A DNA stretch of 64,000 bases from the human T2T-CHM13v2.0 reference genome, Homo sapiens: assembly GCF_009914755.1 (NCBI RefSeq), contig NC_060935.1; one strand, 5' to 3'. The notes beneath the pieces were generated by a model. The model saw only the letters and a program-made list of their open reading frames with translations, was not told the origin of the DNA and ran no database searches. The translations under genes were made by a program, and so were the position numbers. This document shows positions 41,501 to 55,600 of this stretch, piece after piece (within the stretch, counting starts at the first letter, position 1; each line of letters opens with the position of its first letter).

Positions 41501-42142
41501 TTGTGATGTTTGTGTTCCACTTCAGGAATTGAACTTTCCTCTTGACAGAGCAGCTCTGAAACCCTCTTATTCTAGAATCTGCAAGTGGACATTTGGAGGG
41601 CTTTGAGGCCTGTGGTGGAAAAGGAAAATCTTCACATAAAAACTAGATGGAAGCATTCTCAGAAACTACTTTGTGATGATTGCATTCGACTCACAGAGTT
41701 GAACATTCCTATAGATAGAGCAGGTTGTAAACAATCTTTTTGTAGAATCTGCGATTGGAGATTTGGACTGCTTTGAGGCCTACTGTAGTAAAGGAAATAA
41801 CTTCATCTAAAAACCAAACGGAAGCATTCACAGACAATTCTTAGTGATCATTGCATTGAACTAACAGAGCTGAACATTCCTTTAGATGGAGCAGTTTCCA
41901 AACACACTTTCTGTAGAACCTGCAAGTGGATATTTGGACCTCTCTGAGGATTTCGTTGGAAACGGGATAAACTTCCCGGAACTACACGGAAGCATTGTGA
42001 GAAACTTCTTTGTGATGTTTGCATTCAACTCACAGAGTTGAACCTTGCTTTCATAGTTCAGCTTTCAAACACTCTTTTTGTAGAATCTGCAAGTGGATAT
42101 TTGGACCACTTTGTGGCCTTCCTTCGAAACGGGTATATCTTC
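38579..42142 (+). repeat. Tandem duplication of a 2-HOR block, period 1,700 bp
   Basis: ccttgacaga (38751/40451), atttggaagg (39041/40741), ttcacaaaaa with aaacattctcacaaac (39761/41461) and acttcccgga (40271/41971) all recur at +1,700. Confidence 0.92.
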
Positions 42143-45100
42143 ACATCAAACCTAGACAGAAGCATTCTCAGAATGTTTCCTGTGATGACTGCATTCAACT
42201 CACAGAGGTGAACAATCCTGCTGATGGAGCAGTTTTGAAACTCTCTTTCTTTGGATTCTGCAAGTGGATATGTGGACCTCTGTGAAGATTTCGTTGGAAA
42301 CGGGTTCATCTTCACAGAAAAACTAAACAGAAGCATTCTCAGAAACTGCTTTGTGATGTTTGTGTTCCACTTCAGGAACTGAACTTTCCTCCTGACAGAG
42401 CAGCTCTGACACCCTCTTATTCTAGAATCTGCAAGTGGACATTTGGAGGGCTTTGAGGCCTGTGGTGGAAAAGGAAAATCTTCACATAAAAACTAGATGG
42501 AAGCATTCTCAGAAACTACTTTGTGATGATTGCATTCGACTCACAGAGTTGAACATTCCTATAGATAGAGCAGGTTGTAAACAATCTTTTTGTAGAATCT
42601 GCGATTGGAGATTTGGACTGCTTTGAGGCCTACTGTAGTAAAGGAAATAACATCATCTAAAAACAAAACGGAAGCATTCACAGACAATTCTTAGTGATCA
42701 TTGCATTGAACTAACAGAGCTGAACATTCCTTTAGATGGAGCAGTTTCCAAACACACTTTCTGTAGAACCTGCAAGTGGATATTTGGACCTCTCTGAGGA
42801 TTTCGTTGGAAACGGGATAAACTTCCCAGAACTACACGGAAGCATTGTGAGAAACTTCTTTGTGATGTTTGCATTCAACTCACAGAGTTGAACCTTGCTT
42901 TCATAGTTCAGCTTTCAAACACTCTTTTTGTAGAATCTGCAAGTGGATATTTGGACCACTTTGTGGCCTTCCTTCGAAACGGGTATATCTTCACATCAAA
43001 CCTAGACAGAAGCATTCTCAGAATGTTTCCTGTGATAACTGCATTCAACTCACAGAGGTGAACAATCCTGCTGATGGAGCAGTTTTGAAACTCTCTTTCT
43101 TTGGATTCTGCAAGTGGATATGTGGACCTCTGTGAAGATTTCGTTGGAAACGGGTTCATCTTCACAGAAAAACTAAACAGGAGCATTCTCAGAAACTGCT
43201 TTGTGATGTTTGTGTTCCACTTCAAGAATTGAACTTTCCTCTTGACAGAGCAGCTCTGAAACCCTCTTATTCTATAATCTGCAAGTGGACATTTGGAGGG
43301 CTTTGAGGCCTGTGGTGGAAAAGGAAAATCTTCACATAAAAACTAGATGGAAGCATTCTCAGAAACTACTTTGTGATGATTGCATTCGACTCACAGAGTT
43401 GAACATTCCTATAGATAGAGCAGGTTGTAAACAATCTTTTTGTAGAATCTGCGATTGGAGATTTGGACTGCTTTGAGGCCTACTGTAGTAAAGGAAATAA
43501 CTTCATCTAAAAACCAAACGGAAGCATTCACAGACAATTCTTAGTGATCATTGCATTGAGCTAACAGAGGTGAACATTCCTTTAGATGGCGCAGTTTCCA
43601 AACACACTTTCTGTAGAATCTGCAAGTGGATATTTGGACTTCTCTGAGGATTTCGTTGGAAACGGGATAAACTTCCCAGAACTACACGGAAGCATTGTGA
43701 GAAAATTCTTTGTGATGTTTGCATTCAACTCACAGAGTTGAACCTTGCTTTCATAGTTCAGCTTTCAAACACTCTTTTTGTAGAATCTGCAAGTGGATAT
43801 TTGGACCACTTTGTGGCCTTCCTTCGAAACGGGTATATCTTCACATCAAACCTAGACAGAAGCATTCTCAGAATGTTTCCTGTGATGACTGCATTCAACT
43901 CACAGAGGTGAACAATCCTGCTGATGGAGCAGTTTTGAAACTCTCTTTCTTTGGATTCTGCAAGTGGATATGTGGACCTCTGTGAAGATTTCGTTGGAAA
44001 CGGGTTCATCTTCACAGAAAAACTAAACAGGAGCATTCTCAGAAACTGCTTTGTGATGTTTGTGTTCCACTTAAAGAATTGAACTTTCCTCTTGACAGAG
44101 CAGCTCTGAAACCCTCTTTTTCTAGAATCTGCAAGTGGACATTTGGAGGGCTTTGAGGCCTGTGGTGGAAAAGGAAATTCTTCACATAAAAACTTTATGG
44201 AAGCATTCTCAGAAACTTCTTTGTGATGATTGCATTCGACTCACAGAGTTGAACATTCCTATAGATAGAGCAGGTTGTAAACAATCTTTTTGTAGAGTCT
44301 GCGATTGGAGATTTGGACTGCTTTGAGGCCTACTGTAGTAAAGGAAATTACTTCATCTAAAAACCAAACGGAAGCATTCACAGACAATTCTTAGTGATCA
44401 TTGGATTGAACTAACAGAGCTGAACATTCCTTTAGATGGAGCAGTTTCCAAACCCACTTTCTGTAGAATCTGCAAGTGGATATTTGGACTTCTCTGAGGA
44501 TTTCGTTGGAAACGGGATAAACTTCCCAGAACTACACGGAAGCATTGTGAGAAACTTCTTTGTGATGTTTGCATTCAACTCACAGAGTTGAACCTTGTTT
44601 TCATAGTTCAGCTTTCAAACACTCTTTTTGTAGAATCTGCAAGTGGATATTTGGACCACTTTGTGGCCTTCCTTCGAAACGGGTATATCTTCACATCAAA
44701 CCTAGACAGAAGCATTCTCAGAATGTTTCCTGTGATGACTGCATTCAACTCACAGAGGTGAACAATCCTGTTGATGGAGCACTTTTGAAACTCTCTTTCT
44801 TTGGATTCTGCAAGTTGATATGTGGACCTCTGTGAAGATTTCGTTGGAAACGGGTTCATCTTCACAGAAAAACTTAGCAGAAGCATTCTGAAAAACTACT
44901 TTGTGATGTTTGTGTTCCACTTCAAGAATTGAACTTTCCTCTTGAGAGAGCAGCTCTGAAACCCTCTTTTTCTAGAATCTGCAAGTGGACATTTGGAGGG
45001 CTTTGAGGCCTGTGGTGGAAAAGGAAAATCTTCACATAAAAACTAGATGGAAGCATTCTCAGAAACTACTTTGTGATGATTGCATTCGACTCACAGAGTT

Positions 45101-48100
45101 GAACATTCCTATAGATAGAGCAGGTTGTAAACAATCTTTTTCTAGAATCTGCGATTGGAGATTTGGACTGCTTTGAGGCCTACTGTAGTAAAGGAAATAA
45201 CTTCATCTAAAAACCAAACGGAAGCATTCACAGACAATTCTTAGAAATCATTGGATTGAACTAACACAGCTGAACATTACTTTAGATGGAGCAGTTTCCA
45301 AACACACTTTCTGTAGAATCTGCAAGTGGATATTTGGACTTCTCTGAGGATTTCGTTGGAAACGGGATAAACTTCCCAGAACTACACGGAAGAATTGTGA
45401 GAAACTTCTTTGTGATGTTTGCATTCAACTCACAGAGTTGAACCTTGCTTTCATAGTTCAGCTTTCAAACACTCTTTTTGTAGAATCTGCAAGTGGATAT
45501 TTGGACCACTTTGTGGCCTTCCTTCGAAACGGGTATATCTTCACATCAAACCAAGACAGAAGCATTCTCAGAATGTTTCCTGTGATGACTGCATTCAACT
45601 CACAGAGGTGAACAATCCTGCTGATGGAGCAGTTTTGAAACTCTCTTTCTTTGGATTCTGCAAGTGGATATGTGGACCTCTGTGAAGATTTCGTTGGAAA
45701 CGGGTTCATCTTCACAGAAAAACTAAACAGGAGCATTCTCAGAAACTGCTTTGTGATGTTTGTGTTCCACTTCAAGAATTGAACTTTCCTCTTGACAGAG
45801 CAGCTCTGAAACCCTCTTTTTCTAGAATCTGCAAGTGGACATTTGGAGGGCTTTGAGGCCTGTGGTGGAAAAGGAAAATCTTCACATAAAAACTAGATGG
45901 AAGCATTCTCAGAAACTACTTTGTGATGATTGCATTCGACTCACAGAGTTGAACATTCCTATAGATAGAGCAGGTTGTAAACAATCTTTCTGTAGAATCT
46001 GCGATTGGAGATTTGGACTGCTTTGAGGCCTACTGTAGTAAAGGAAATAACTTCATCTAAAAACCAAACGGAAGCATTCACAGACAATTCTTAGTGATCA
46101 TTGGATTGAACTAACAGAGCTGAACATTCCTTTAGATGGAGCAGTTTCCAAACACACTTTCTGTAGAATCTGCAAGTGGATATTTGGACTTCTCTGAGGA
46201 TTTCGTTGGAAACGGGATAAACTTCCCAGAACTACAGGGAAGCATTGTGAGAAACTTCTTTGTGATGTTTGCATTCAACTCACAGAGTTGCACCTTGCTT
46301 TCATAGTTCAGCTTTCAAACACTCTTTTTGTAGAATCTGCAAGTGGATATTTGGACCACTTTGTGGCCTTCCTTCGAAACGGGTATATCTTCACATCAAA
46401 CCTAGACAGAAGCATTCTCAGAATGTTTCCTGTGATGACTGCATTCAACTCACAGAGGTGAACAATCCTGCTGATGGAGCAGTTTTGAAACTCTCTTTCT
46501 TTGGATTCTGCAAGTGGATATGTGGACCTCTGTGAAGATTTCGTTGGAAACGGGTTCATCTTCACAGAAAAACTAAACAGGAGCATTCTCAGAAACTGCT
46601 TTGTGATGTTTGTGTTCCACTTCAAGAATTGAACTTTCCTCTTGACAGAGCAGCTCTGAAACCCTCTTTTTCTTGAATCTGCAAGTGGACATTTGGAGGG
46701 CTTTGAGGCCTGTGGTGGAAAAGGAAAATCTTCACATAAAAACTAGATGGAAGCATTCTCAGAAACTACTTTGTGATGATTGCATTCGACTCACAGAGTT
46801 GAACATTCCTATAGATAGAGCAGGTTGTAAACAATCTTTTTGTAGAATCTGCGATTGGAGATTTGGACTGCTTTGAGGCCTACTGTAGTAAAGGAAATAA
46901 CTTCATCTAAAAACCAAACGGAAGCATTCACAGACAATTCTTAGTGATCATTGCATTGAACTAACAGAGCTGAACATTCCTTTAGATGGCGCAGTTTCCA
47001 AACACACTTTCTGTAGAATCTGCAAGTGGATATTTGGACCTCTCTGAGGATTTCGTTGGAAACGGGATAAACTTCCCAGAACTACACGGAAGCATTGTGA
47101 GAAACTTCTTTGTGATGTTTGCATTCAACTCACAGAGTTGAACCTTACTTTCATAGTTCAGCTTTCAAACACTCTTTTTGTAGAATCTGCAAGTGGATAT
47201 TTGGACCACTTTGTGGCCTTCCTTCGAAACGGGTATATCTTCACATCAAACCTAGTCAGAAGCATTCTCAGAATGTTTCCTGTGATGACTGCATTCAACT
47301 CACAGAGGTGAACAATCCTGCTGATGGAGCAGTTTTGAAACTCTCTTTCTTTGGATTCTGCAAGTGGATATGTGGACCTCTGTGAAGATTTCGTTGGAAA
47401 CGGGTTCATCTTCACAGAAAAACTAAACAGGAGCATTCTCAGAAACTGCTTTGTGATGTTTGTGTTCCACTTAAAGAATTGAACTTTCCTCTTGACAGAG
47501 CAGCTCTGAAACCCTCTTTTTCTAGAATCTGCAAGTGGACATTTGGAGGGCTTTGAGGCCTGTGGTGGAAAAGGAAAATCGTCACATAAAAACTTTATGG
47601 AAGCATTCTCAGAAACTTCTTTGTGATGATTGCATTCGACTCACAGAGTTGAGCATTCCTATAGATAGAGCAGGTTGTAAACAATCTTTTTGTAGAATCT
47701 GCGATTGGAGATTTGGACTGCTTTGAGGCCTGCTGTAGTAAAGGAAATTACTTCATCTAAAAACCAAACGGAAGCATTCACAGACAATTCTTAGTGATCA
47801 TTGGATTGAACTAACAGAGCTGAACATTCCTTTAGATGGAGCAGTTTCCAAACCCACTTTCTGTAGAATCTGCAAGTGGATATTTGGACTTCTCTGAGGA
47901 TTTCGTTGGAAACGGGATAAACTTCCCAGAACTACACGGAAGCATTGTGAGAAACTTCTTTGTGATGTTTGCATTCAACTCACAGAGTTGAACCTTGCTT
48001 TCATAGTTCAGCTTTCAAACACTCTTTTTGTAGAATCTGCAAGTGGATATTTGGACCACTTTGTGGCCTTCCTTCGAAACGGGTATATCTTCACATCAAA

Positions 48101-51100
48101 CCTAGACAGAAGCATTCTCAGAATGTTTCCTTTGATGACTGCATTCAACTCACAGAGGTGAATAATCCTGTTGATGGAGCACTTTTGAAACTCTCTTTCT
48201 TTGGATTCTGCAAGTTGATATGTGGACCTCTGTGAAGATTTCGTTGGAAACGGGTTCATCTTCACAGAAAAACTAAACAGAAGTATTCTCAGAAACTACT
48301 TTGTGATGTTTTTGTTCCACTTCAAGAATTGAACTTTCCTCTTGACAGAGCAGCTCTGAAACCCTCTTTTTCTAGAATCTGCAAGTGGACATTTGGAGGG
48401 CTTTGAGGCCTGTGGTGGAAAAGGAAAATCTTCACATAAAAACTAGATGGAAGCATTCTCAGAAACTACTTTGTGATGATTGCATTCGACTCACAGAGTT
48501 GAACATTCCTATAGATAGAGCAGGTTGTAAACAATCTTTTTGTAGAATCTGCGATTGGAGATTTGGACTGCTTTGAGGCCTACTGTAGTAAAGGAAATAA
48601 CTTCATCTAAAAACCAAACGGAAGCATTCACAGACAATTCTTAGTGATCATTGCAGTGAACTAACAGAGGTGAACATTCCTTTAGATAGCGCAGTTTCCA
48701 AACACACTTTCTGTAGAATCTGCAAGTGTATATTTGGACTTCTCTGAGGATTTCTTTGGAAACGGGATAAACTTCCCAGAACTACACGGAAGCATTGTGA
48801 GAAAATTCTTTGTGATGTTTGCATTCAACTCACAGAGTTGAACCTTGCTTTCATAGTTCAGCTTTCAAACACTCTTTTTGTAGAATCTGCAAGTGGATAT
48901 TTGGACCACTTTGTGGCCTTCCTTCGAAACGGGTATATCTTCACATCAAACAGACAGAAGCATTCTCAGAATGTTTCCTGTGATGACTGCATTCAACTCA
49001 CAGAGGTGAACAATCCTGCTGATGGAGCAGTTTTGAAACTCTCTTTCTTTGGATTCTGCAATTTGATTTGTGGACCTCTGTGAAGATTTCGTTGGAAACG
49101 GGTTCATCTACACAGAAAAACTAAACAGAAGCATTCTCAGAAACTACTTTGTGATGTTTGTGTTCCACTTCAAGAATTGAACTTTCCTCTTGACAGAGCA
49201 GCTCTGAAACCCTCTTTTTCTAGAATCTGCAAGTGGACATTTGGAGGGCTTTGTGGCCTGTGGTGGAAAAGGAAAATCTTCACATAAAAACTAGATGGAA
49301 GCATTCTCAGAAACTACTTTGTGATGATTGCATTCGACTCACAGAGTTGAACATTCCTATAGATAGAGCAGGTTGTAAACAATCTTTTTGTAGAATCTGC
49401 GATTGGAGATTTGGACTGCTTTGAGGCCTACTGTAGTAAAGGAAATAACTTCATCTAAAAACCAAACGGAAGCATTCACAGACAATTCTTAGTGATCATT
49501 GCATTGAACTAACAGAGGTGAACATTCCTTTAGATGGCGCAGTTTCCAAACACACTTTCTGTAGAATCTGCAAGTGGATATTTGGACTTCTCTGAGGATT
49601 TCGTTGGAAAAGGGATAAACTTCCCAGAACTACACGGAAGCATTGTGAGAAACTTCTTTGTGATGTTTGCATTCAACTCACAGAGTTGAACCTTGCTTTC
49701 ATAGTTCAGCTTTCAAACACTCTTTTTGTAGAATCTGCAAGTGGATATTTGGACCACTTTGTGGCCTTCCTTTGAAACGGGTATATCTTCACATCAAACC
49801 TAGACAGAAGCATTCTCAGAATGTTTCCTGTGATGACTGCATTCAACTCACAGAGGTGAACAATCCTGTTGATGGAGCACTTTTGAAACTCTCTTTCTTT
49901 GGATTCTGCAAGTTGATATGTGGACCTCTGTGAAGATTTCGTTGGAAACGGGTTCATCTTCACAGAAAAACTAAACAGAAGCATTCTCAGAAACTACTTT
50001 GTGATGTTTGTGTTCCACTTCAAGAATTGAACTTTCCTCTTGACAGAGCAGCTCTGAAACCCTCTTTTTCTAGAATCTGCAAGTGGACATTTGGAGGGCT
50101 TTGAGGCCTGTGGTGGAAAAGGAAAATCTTCACATAAAAACTAGATGGAAGCATTCTCAGAAACTACTTTGTGATGATTGCATTCGACTCACAGAGTTGA
50201 ACATTCCTATAGATAGAGCAGGTTGTAAACAATCTTTTTGTAGAATCTGCGATTGGAGATTTGGACTGCTTTGAGGCCTACTGTAGTAAAGGAAGTAACT
50301 TCATCTAAAAACCAAACGGAAGCATTCACAGACAATTGTTAGTGATCATTGCATTGAACTAACAGAGCTGAACATTCCTTTAGATGGCGCAGTTTCCAAA
50401 CACACTTTCTGTAGAATGTGCAAGTGGATATTTGGACCTCTCTGAGGATTTCGTTGGAAACGGGATAAACTTCCCAGAACTACACGGAAGCATTCTGAGA
50501 AACTTCTTTGTGATATTTGCATTCAACTCACAGAGTTGAACCTTGCTTTCATAGTTCAGCTTTCAAACACTCTTTTTGTAGAATCTGCAAGTGGATATTT
50601 TGACCACTTAGTGGCCTTCCTTCGAAACGGGTATATCTTCACATCAAACCTAGACAGAAGCATTCTCAGAATGTTTCCTGTGATGACTGCATTCAACTCA
50701 CAGAGGTGAACAATCCTGCTGATGGAGCAGTTTTGAAACTCTCTTTCTTTGGATTCTGCAAGTGGATATGTGGACCTCTGTGAAGATTTCGTTGGAAACG
50801 GGTTCATCTTCACAGAAAAACTAAACAGAAGCATTCTCAGAAACTGCTTTGTGATGTTTGTGTTCCACTTCAGGAATTGAACTTTCCTCTTGACAGAGCA
50901 GCTCTGAAACCCTCTTTTTCTAGAATCTGCAAGTGGACATTTGGAGGGCTTTGAGGCCTGTGGTGGAAAAGGAAAATCGTCACATAAAAACTTTATGGAA
51001 GCATTCTCAGAAACTTCTTTGTGATGATTGCATTCGACTCACAGAGTTGAACATTCCTATAGATAGAGCAGGTTGTAAACAATCTTTTTGTAGAATCTGC

Positions 51101-52610
51101 GATTGGAGATTTGGACTGCTTTGAGGCCTGCTGTAGTAAAGGAAATTACTTCATCTAAAAACCAAACGGAAGCATTCACAGACAATTCTTAGTGATCATT
51201 GCATTGAACTAACAGAGCTGAACATTCCTTTAGATGGAGCAGTTTCCAAACCCACTTTCTGTAGAATCTGCAAGTGGATATTTGGACTTCTCTGAGGATT
51301 TCGTTGGAAACGGGATAAACTTCCCAGAACTACACGGAAGCATTGTGAGAAACTTCTTTGTGATGTTTGCATTCAACTCACAGAGTTGAACCTTGCTTTC
51401 ATAGTTCAGCTTTCAAACACTCTTTTTGTAGAATCTGCAAGTGGATATTTGGACCACTTTGTGGCCTTCCTTCGAAACGGGTATATCTTCACATCAAACC
51501 TAGACAGAAGCATTCTCAGAATGTTTCCTGTGATGACTGCATTCAACTCACAGAGGTGAATAATCCTGTTGATGGAGCACTTTTGAAACTCTCTTTCTTT
51601 GGATTCTGCAAGTTGATATGTGGACCTCTGTGAAGATTTCGTTGGAAACGGGTTCATCTTCACAGAAAAACTAAACAGAAGCATTCTCAGAAACTGCTTT
51701 GTGATGTTTGTGTTCCACTTCAGGAATTGAACTTTCCTCTTGACAGAGCAGCTCTGAAACCCTCTTATTCTAGAATCTGCAAGTGGACATTTGGAGGGCT
51801 TTGAGGCCTGTGGTGGAAAAGGAAAATCTTCACATAAAAACTAGATGGAAGCATTCTCAGAAACTACTTTGTGATGATTGCATTCGACTCACAGAGTTGA
51901 ACATTCCTATAGATAGAGCAGGTTGTAAACAATCTTTTTGTAGAATCTGCGATTGGAGATTTGGACTGCTTTGAGGCCTACTGTAGTAAAGGAAATAACT
52001 TCATCTAAAAACCAAACGGAAGCATTCACAGACAATTCTTAGTGATCATTGCATTGAACTAACAGAGCTGAACATTCCTTTAGATGGCGCAGTTTCCAAA
52101 CACACTTTCTGTAGAATCTGCAAGTGGATATTTGGACCTCTCTGAGGATTTCGTTGGAAACGGGATAAACTTCCCAGAACTACACGGAAGCATTGTGAGA
52201 AACTTCTTTGTGATGTTTGCATTCAACTCACAGAGTTGAAACTTGCTTTCATAGTTCAGCTTTCAAACACTCTTTTTGTAGAATCTGCAAGTGGATATTT
52301 GGACCACTTTGTGGCCTTCCTTCGAAACGGGTATATCTTCACATCAAACCTAGACATAAGCATTCTCAGAATGTTTCCTGTGAAGACTGCATTCAACTCA
52401 CAGAGATGAACAATCCTGTTGATGGAGCACTTTGGAAACTCTCTTTCTTTGGATTCTGCAAGTTGATATGTGGACCTCTGTGAAGATTTCGTTGGAAACG
52501 GGTTCATCTTCACAGAAAAACTAAACAGAAGCATTCTCAAAAACTACTTTGTGATGTTTGTGTTCCACTTCAAGAATTGAACTTTCCTCTTGACAGAGCA
52601 GTTCTGAAAA

Positions 52611-55600
52611 CCTCTTTTTCTAGAATCTGCAAGTGGACATTTGGAGGGCTTTGAGGCCTGTGGTGGAAAAGGAAAATCTTCACATAAAAACTAGATGGAA
52701 GCATTCTCAGAAACTACTTTGTGATGATTGCATTCGACTCACAGAGTTGAACATTCCTATAGATAGAGCAGGTTGTAAACAATCTTTTTGTAGAATCTGC
52801 GATTGGAGATTTGGATTGCTTTGAGGCCTACTGTAGTAAAGGAAATAACTTCATCTAAAAACCAAACGGAAGCATTCACAGAAAATTCTTAGTGATCATT
52901 GCATTGAACTAACAGAGGTGAACATTCCTTTAGATGGCGCAGTTTCCAAACACACTTTCTGTAGAATCTGCAAGTGGATATTTGGACCTCTCTGAGGATT
53001 TCGTTGGAAACGGGATAAACTTCCCAGAACTACACGGAAGCATTGTGAGAAACTTCTTTGTGATGTTTGCATTCAACTCACAGAGTTGAACCTTGCTTTC
53101 ATAGTTCAGCTTTCAAACACTCTTTTTGTAGAATCTGCAAGTGGATATTTGGACCACTTTGTGGCCTTCCTTCGAAACGGGTATATCTTCACATCAAACC
53201 TAGACAGAAGCATTCTCAGAATGTTTCCTGTGATGACTGCATTCAACTCACAGAGGTGAACAATCCTGCTGATGGAGCAGTTTTGAAACTCTCTTTCTTT
53301 GGATTCTGCAAGTGGATATGTGGACCTCTGTGAAGATTTCGTTGGAAACGGGTTCATCTTCACAGAAAAACTAAACAGGAGCATTCTCAGAAACTGCTTT
53401 GTGATGTTTGTGTTCCACTTTAAGAATTGAACTTTCCTCTTGACAGAGCAGCTCTGAAACCCTCTTTTTCTAGAATCTGCAAGTGGACATTTGGAGGGCT
53501 TTGAGGCCTGTGGTGGAAAAGGAAAATCTTCACATAAAAACTAGATGGAAGCATTCTCAGAAACTACTTTGTGATGATTGCATTCGACTCACAGAGTTGA
53601 ACATTCCTATAGATAGAGCAGGTTGTAAACAATCTTTTTGTAGAATCTGCGATTGGAGATTTGGACTGCTTTGAGGCCTACTGTAGTAATGGAAATTACT
53701 TCATCTAAAAACCAAACGGAAGCATTCACAGACAATTCTTAGTGATCATTGCATTGAACTAACAGAGCTGAACATTCCTTTAGATGGAGCAGTTTCCAAA
53801 CACACTTTCTGTAGAACCTGCAAGTGGATATTTGGACCTCTCTGAGGATTTCGTTGGAAACGGGATAAACTTCCCAGAACTACACGGAAGCATTGTGAGA
53901 AACTTCTTTGTGATGTTTGCATTCAACTCACAGAGTTGAACCTTGCTTTCATAGTTCAGCTTTCAAACACTCTTTTTGTAGAATCTGCAAGTGGATATTT
54001 GGACCACTTTGTGGCCTTCCTTCGAAACGGGTATATCTTCACATCAAACCTAGACAGAAGCATTCTCAGAATGTTTCCTGTGATGACTGCATTCAACTCA
54101 CAGAGGTGAACAATCCTGCTGATGGAGCAGTTTTGAAACTCTCTTTCTTTGGATTCTGCAATTGGATATGGGGACCTCAGTGAAGATTTCGTTGGAAACG
54201 GGTTCATCTTCACAGAAAAACTAAACAGAAACATTCTCACAAACTACTTTGTGATGTTTGTGTTCCACTTCAGGAATTGAACTTTCCTCTTGACAGAGCA
54301 GCTCTGAAACCCTCTTATTCTATAATCTGCAAGTGGACATTTGGAGGGCTTTGAGGCCTGTGGTGGAAAAGGAAAATCTTCACATAAAAACTAGATGGAA
54401 GCATTCTCAGAAACTACTTTGTGATGATTGCATTCGACTCACAGAGTTGAACATTCCTATAGATAGAGCAGGTTGTAAACAATCTTTTTGTAGAATCTGC
54501 GATTGGAGATTTGGACTGCTTTGAGGCCTACTGTAGTAAAGGAAATAACTTCATCTAAAAACCAAACGGAAGCATTCACAGACAATTCTTAGTGATCATT
54601 GCATTGAACTAACAGAGCTGAACATTCCTTTAGATGGAGCAGTTTCCAAACACACTTTCTGTAGAACCTGCAAGTGGATATTTGGACCTCTCTGAGGATT
54701 TCGTTGGAAACGGGATAAACTTCCCGGAACTACACGGAAGCATTGTGAGAAACTTCTTTGTGATGTTTGCATTCAACTCACAGAGTTGAACCTTGCTTTC
54801 ATAGTTCAGCTTTCAAACACTCTTTTTGTAGAATCTGCAAGTGGATATTTGGACCACTTTGTGGCCTTCCTTCGAAACGGGTATATCGTCACATCAAACC
54901 TAGACAGAAGCATTCTCAGAATGTTTCCTGTGATGACTGCATTCAACTCACAGAGGTGAACAATCCTGCTGATGGAGCAGTTTTGAAACTCTCTTTCTTT
55001 GGATTCTGCAAGTGGATATGTGGACCTCTGTGAAGATTTCGTTGGAAACGGGTTCATCTTCACAGAAAAACTAAACAGGAGCATTCTCAGAAACTGCTTT
55101 GTGATGTTTGTGTTCCACTTCAAGAATTGAACTTTCCCCTTGACAGAGCAGCTCTGAAACCCTCTTATTCTATAATCTGCAAGTGGACATTTGGAGGGCT
55201 TTGAGGCCTGTGGTGGAAAAGGAAAATCTTCACATAAAAACTAGATGGAAGCATTCTCAGAAACTACTTTGTGATGATTGCATTCGACTCACAGAGTTGA
55301 ACATTCCTATAGATAGAGCAGGTTGTAAACAATCTTTTTGTAGAATCTGCGATTTGAGATTTGGACTGCTTTGAGGCCTACTGTAGTAAAGGAAATAACT
55401 TCATCTAAAAACCAAACGGAAGCATTCACAGACAATTCTTAGTGATCATTGGATTGAACTAACAGAGCTGAACATTCCTTTAGATGGCGCAGTTTCCAAA
55501 CACACTTTCTGTAGAATCTGCAAGTGGATATTTGGACTTCTCTGAGGATTTCGTTGGAAACGGGATAAACTTCCCAGAACTACACGGAAGCATTGTGAGA

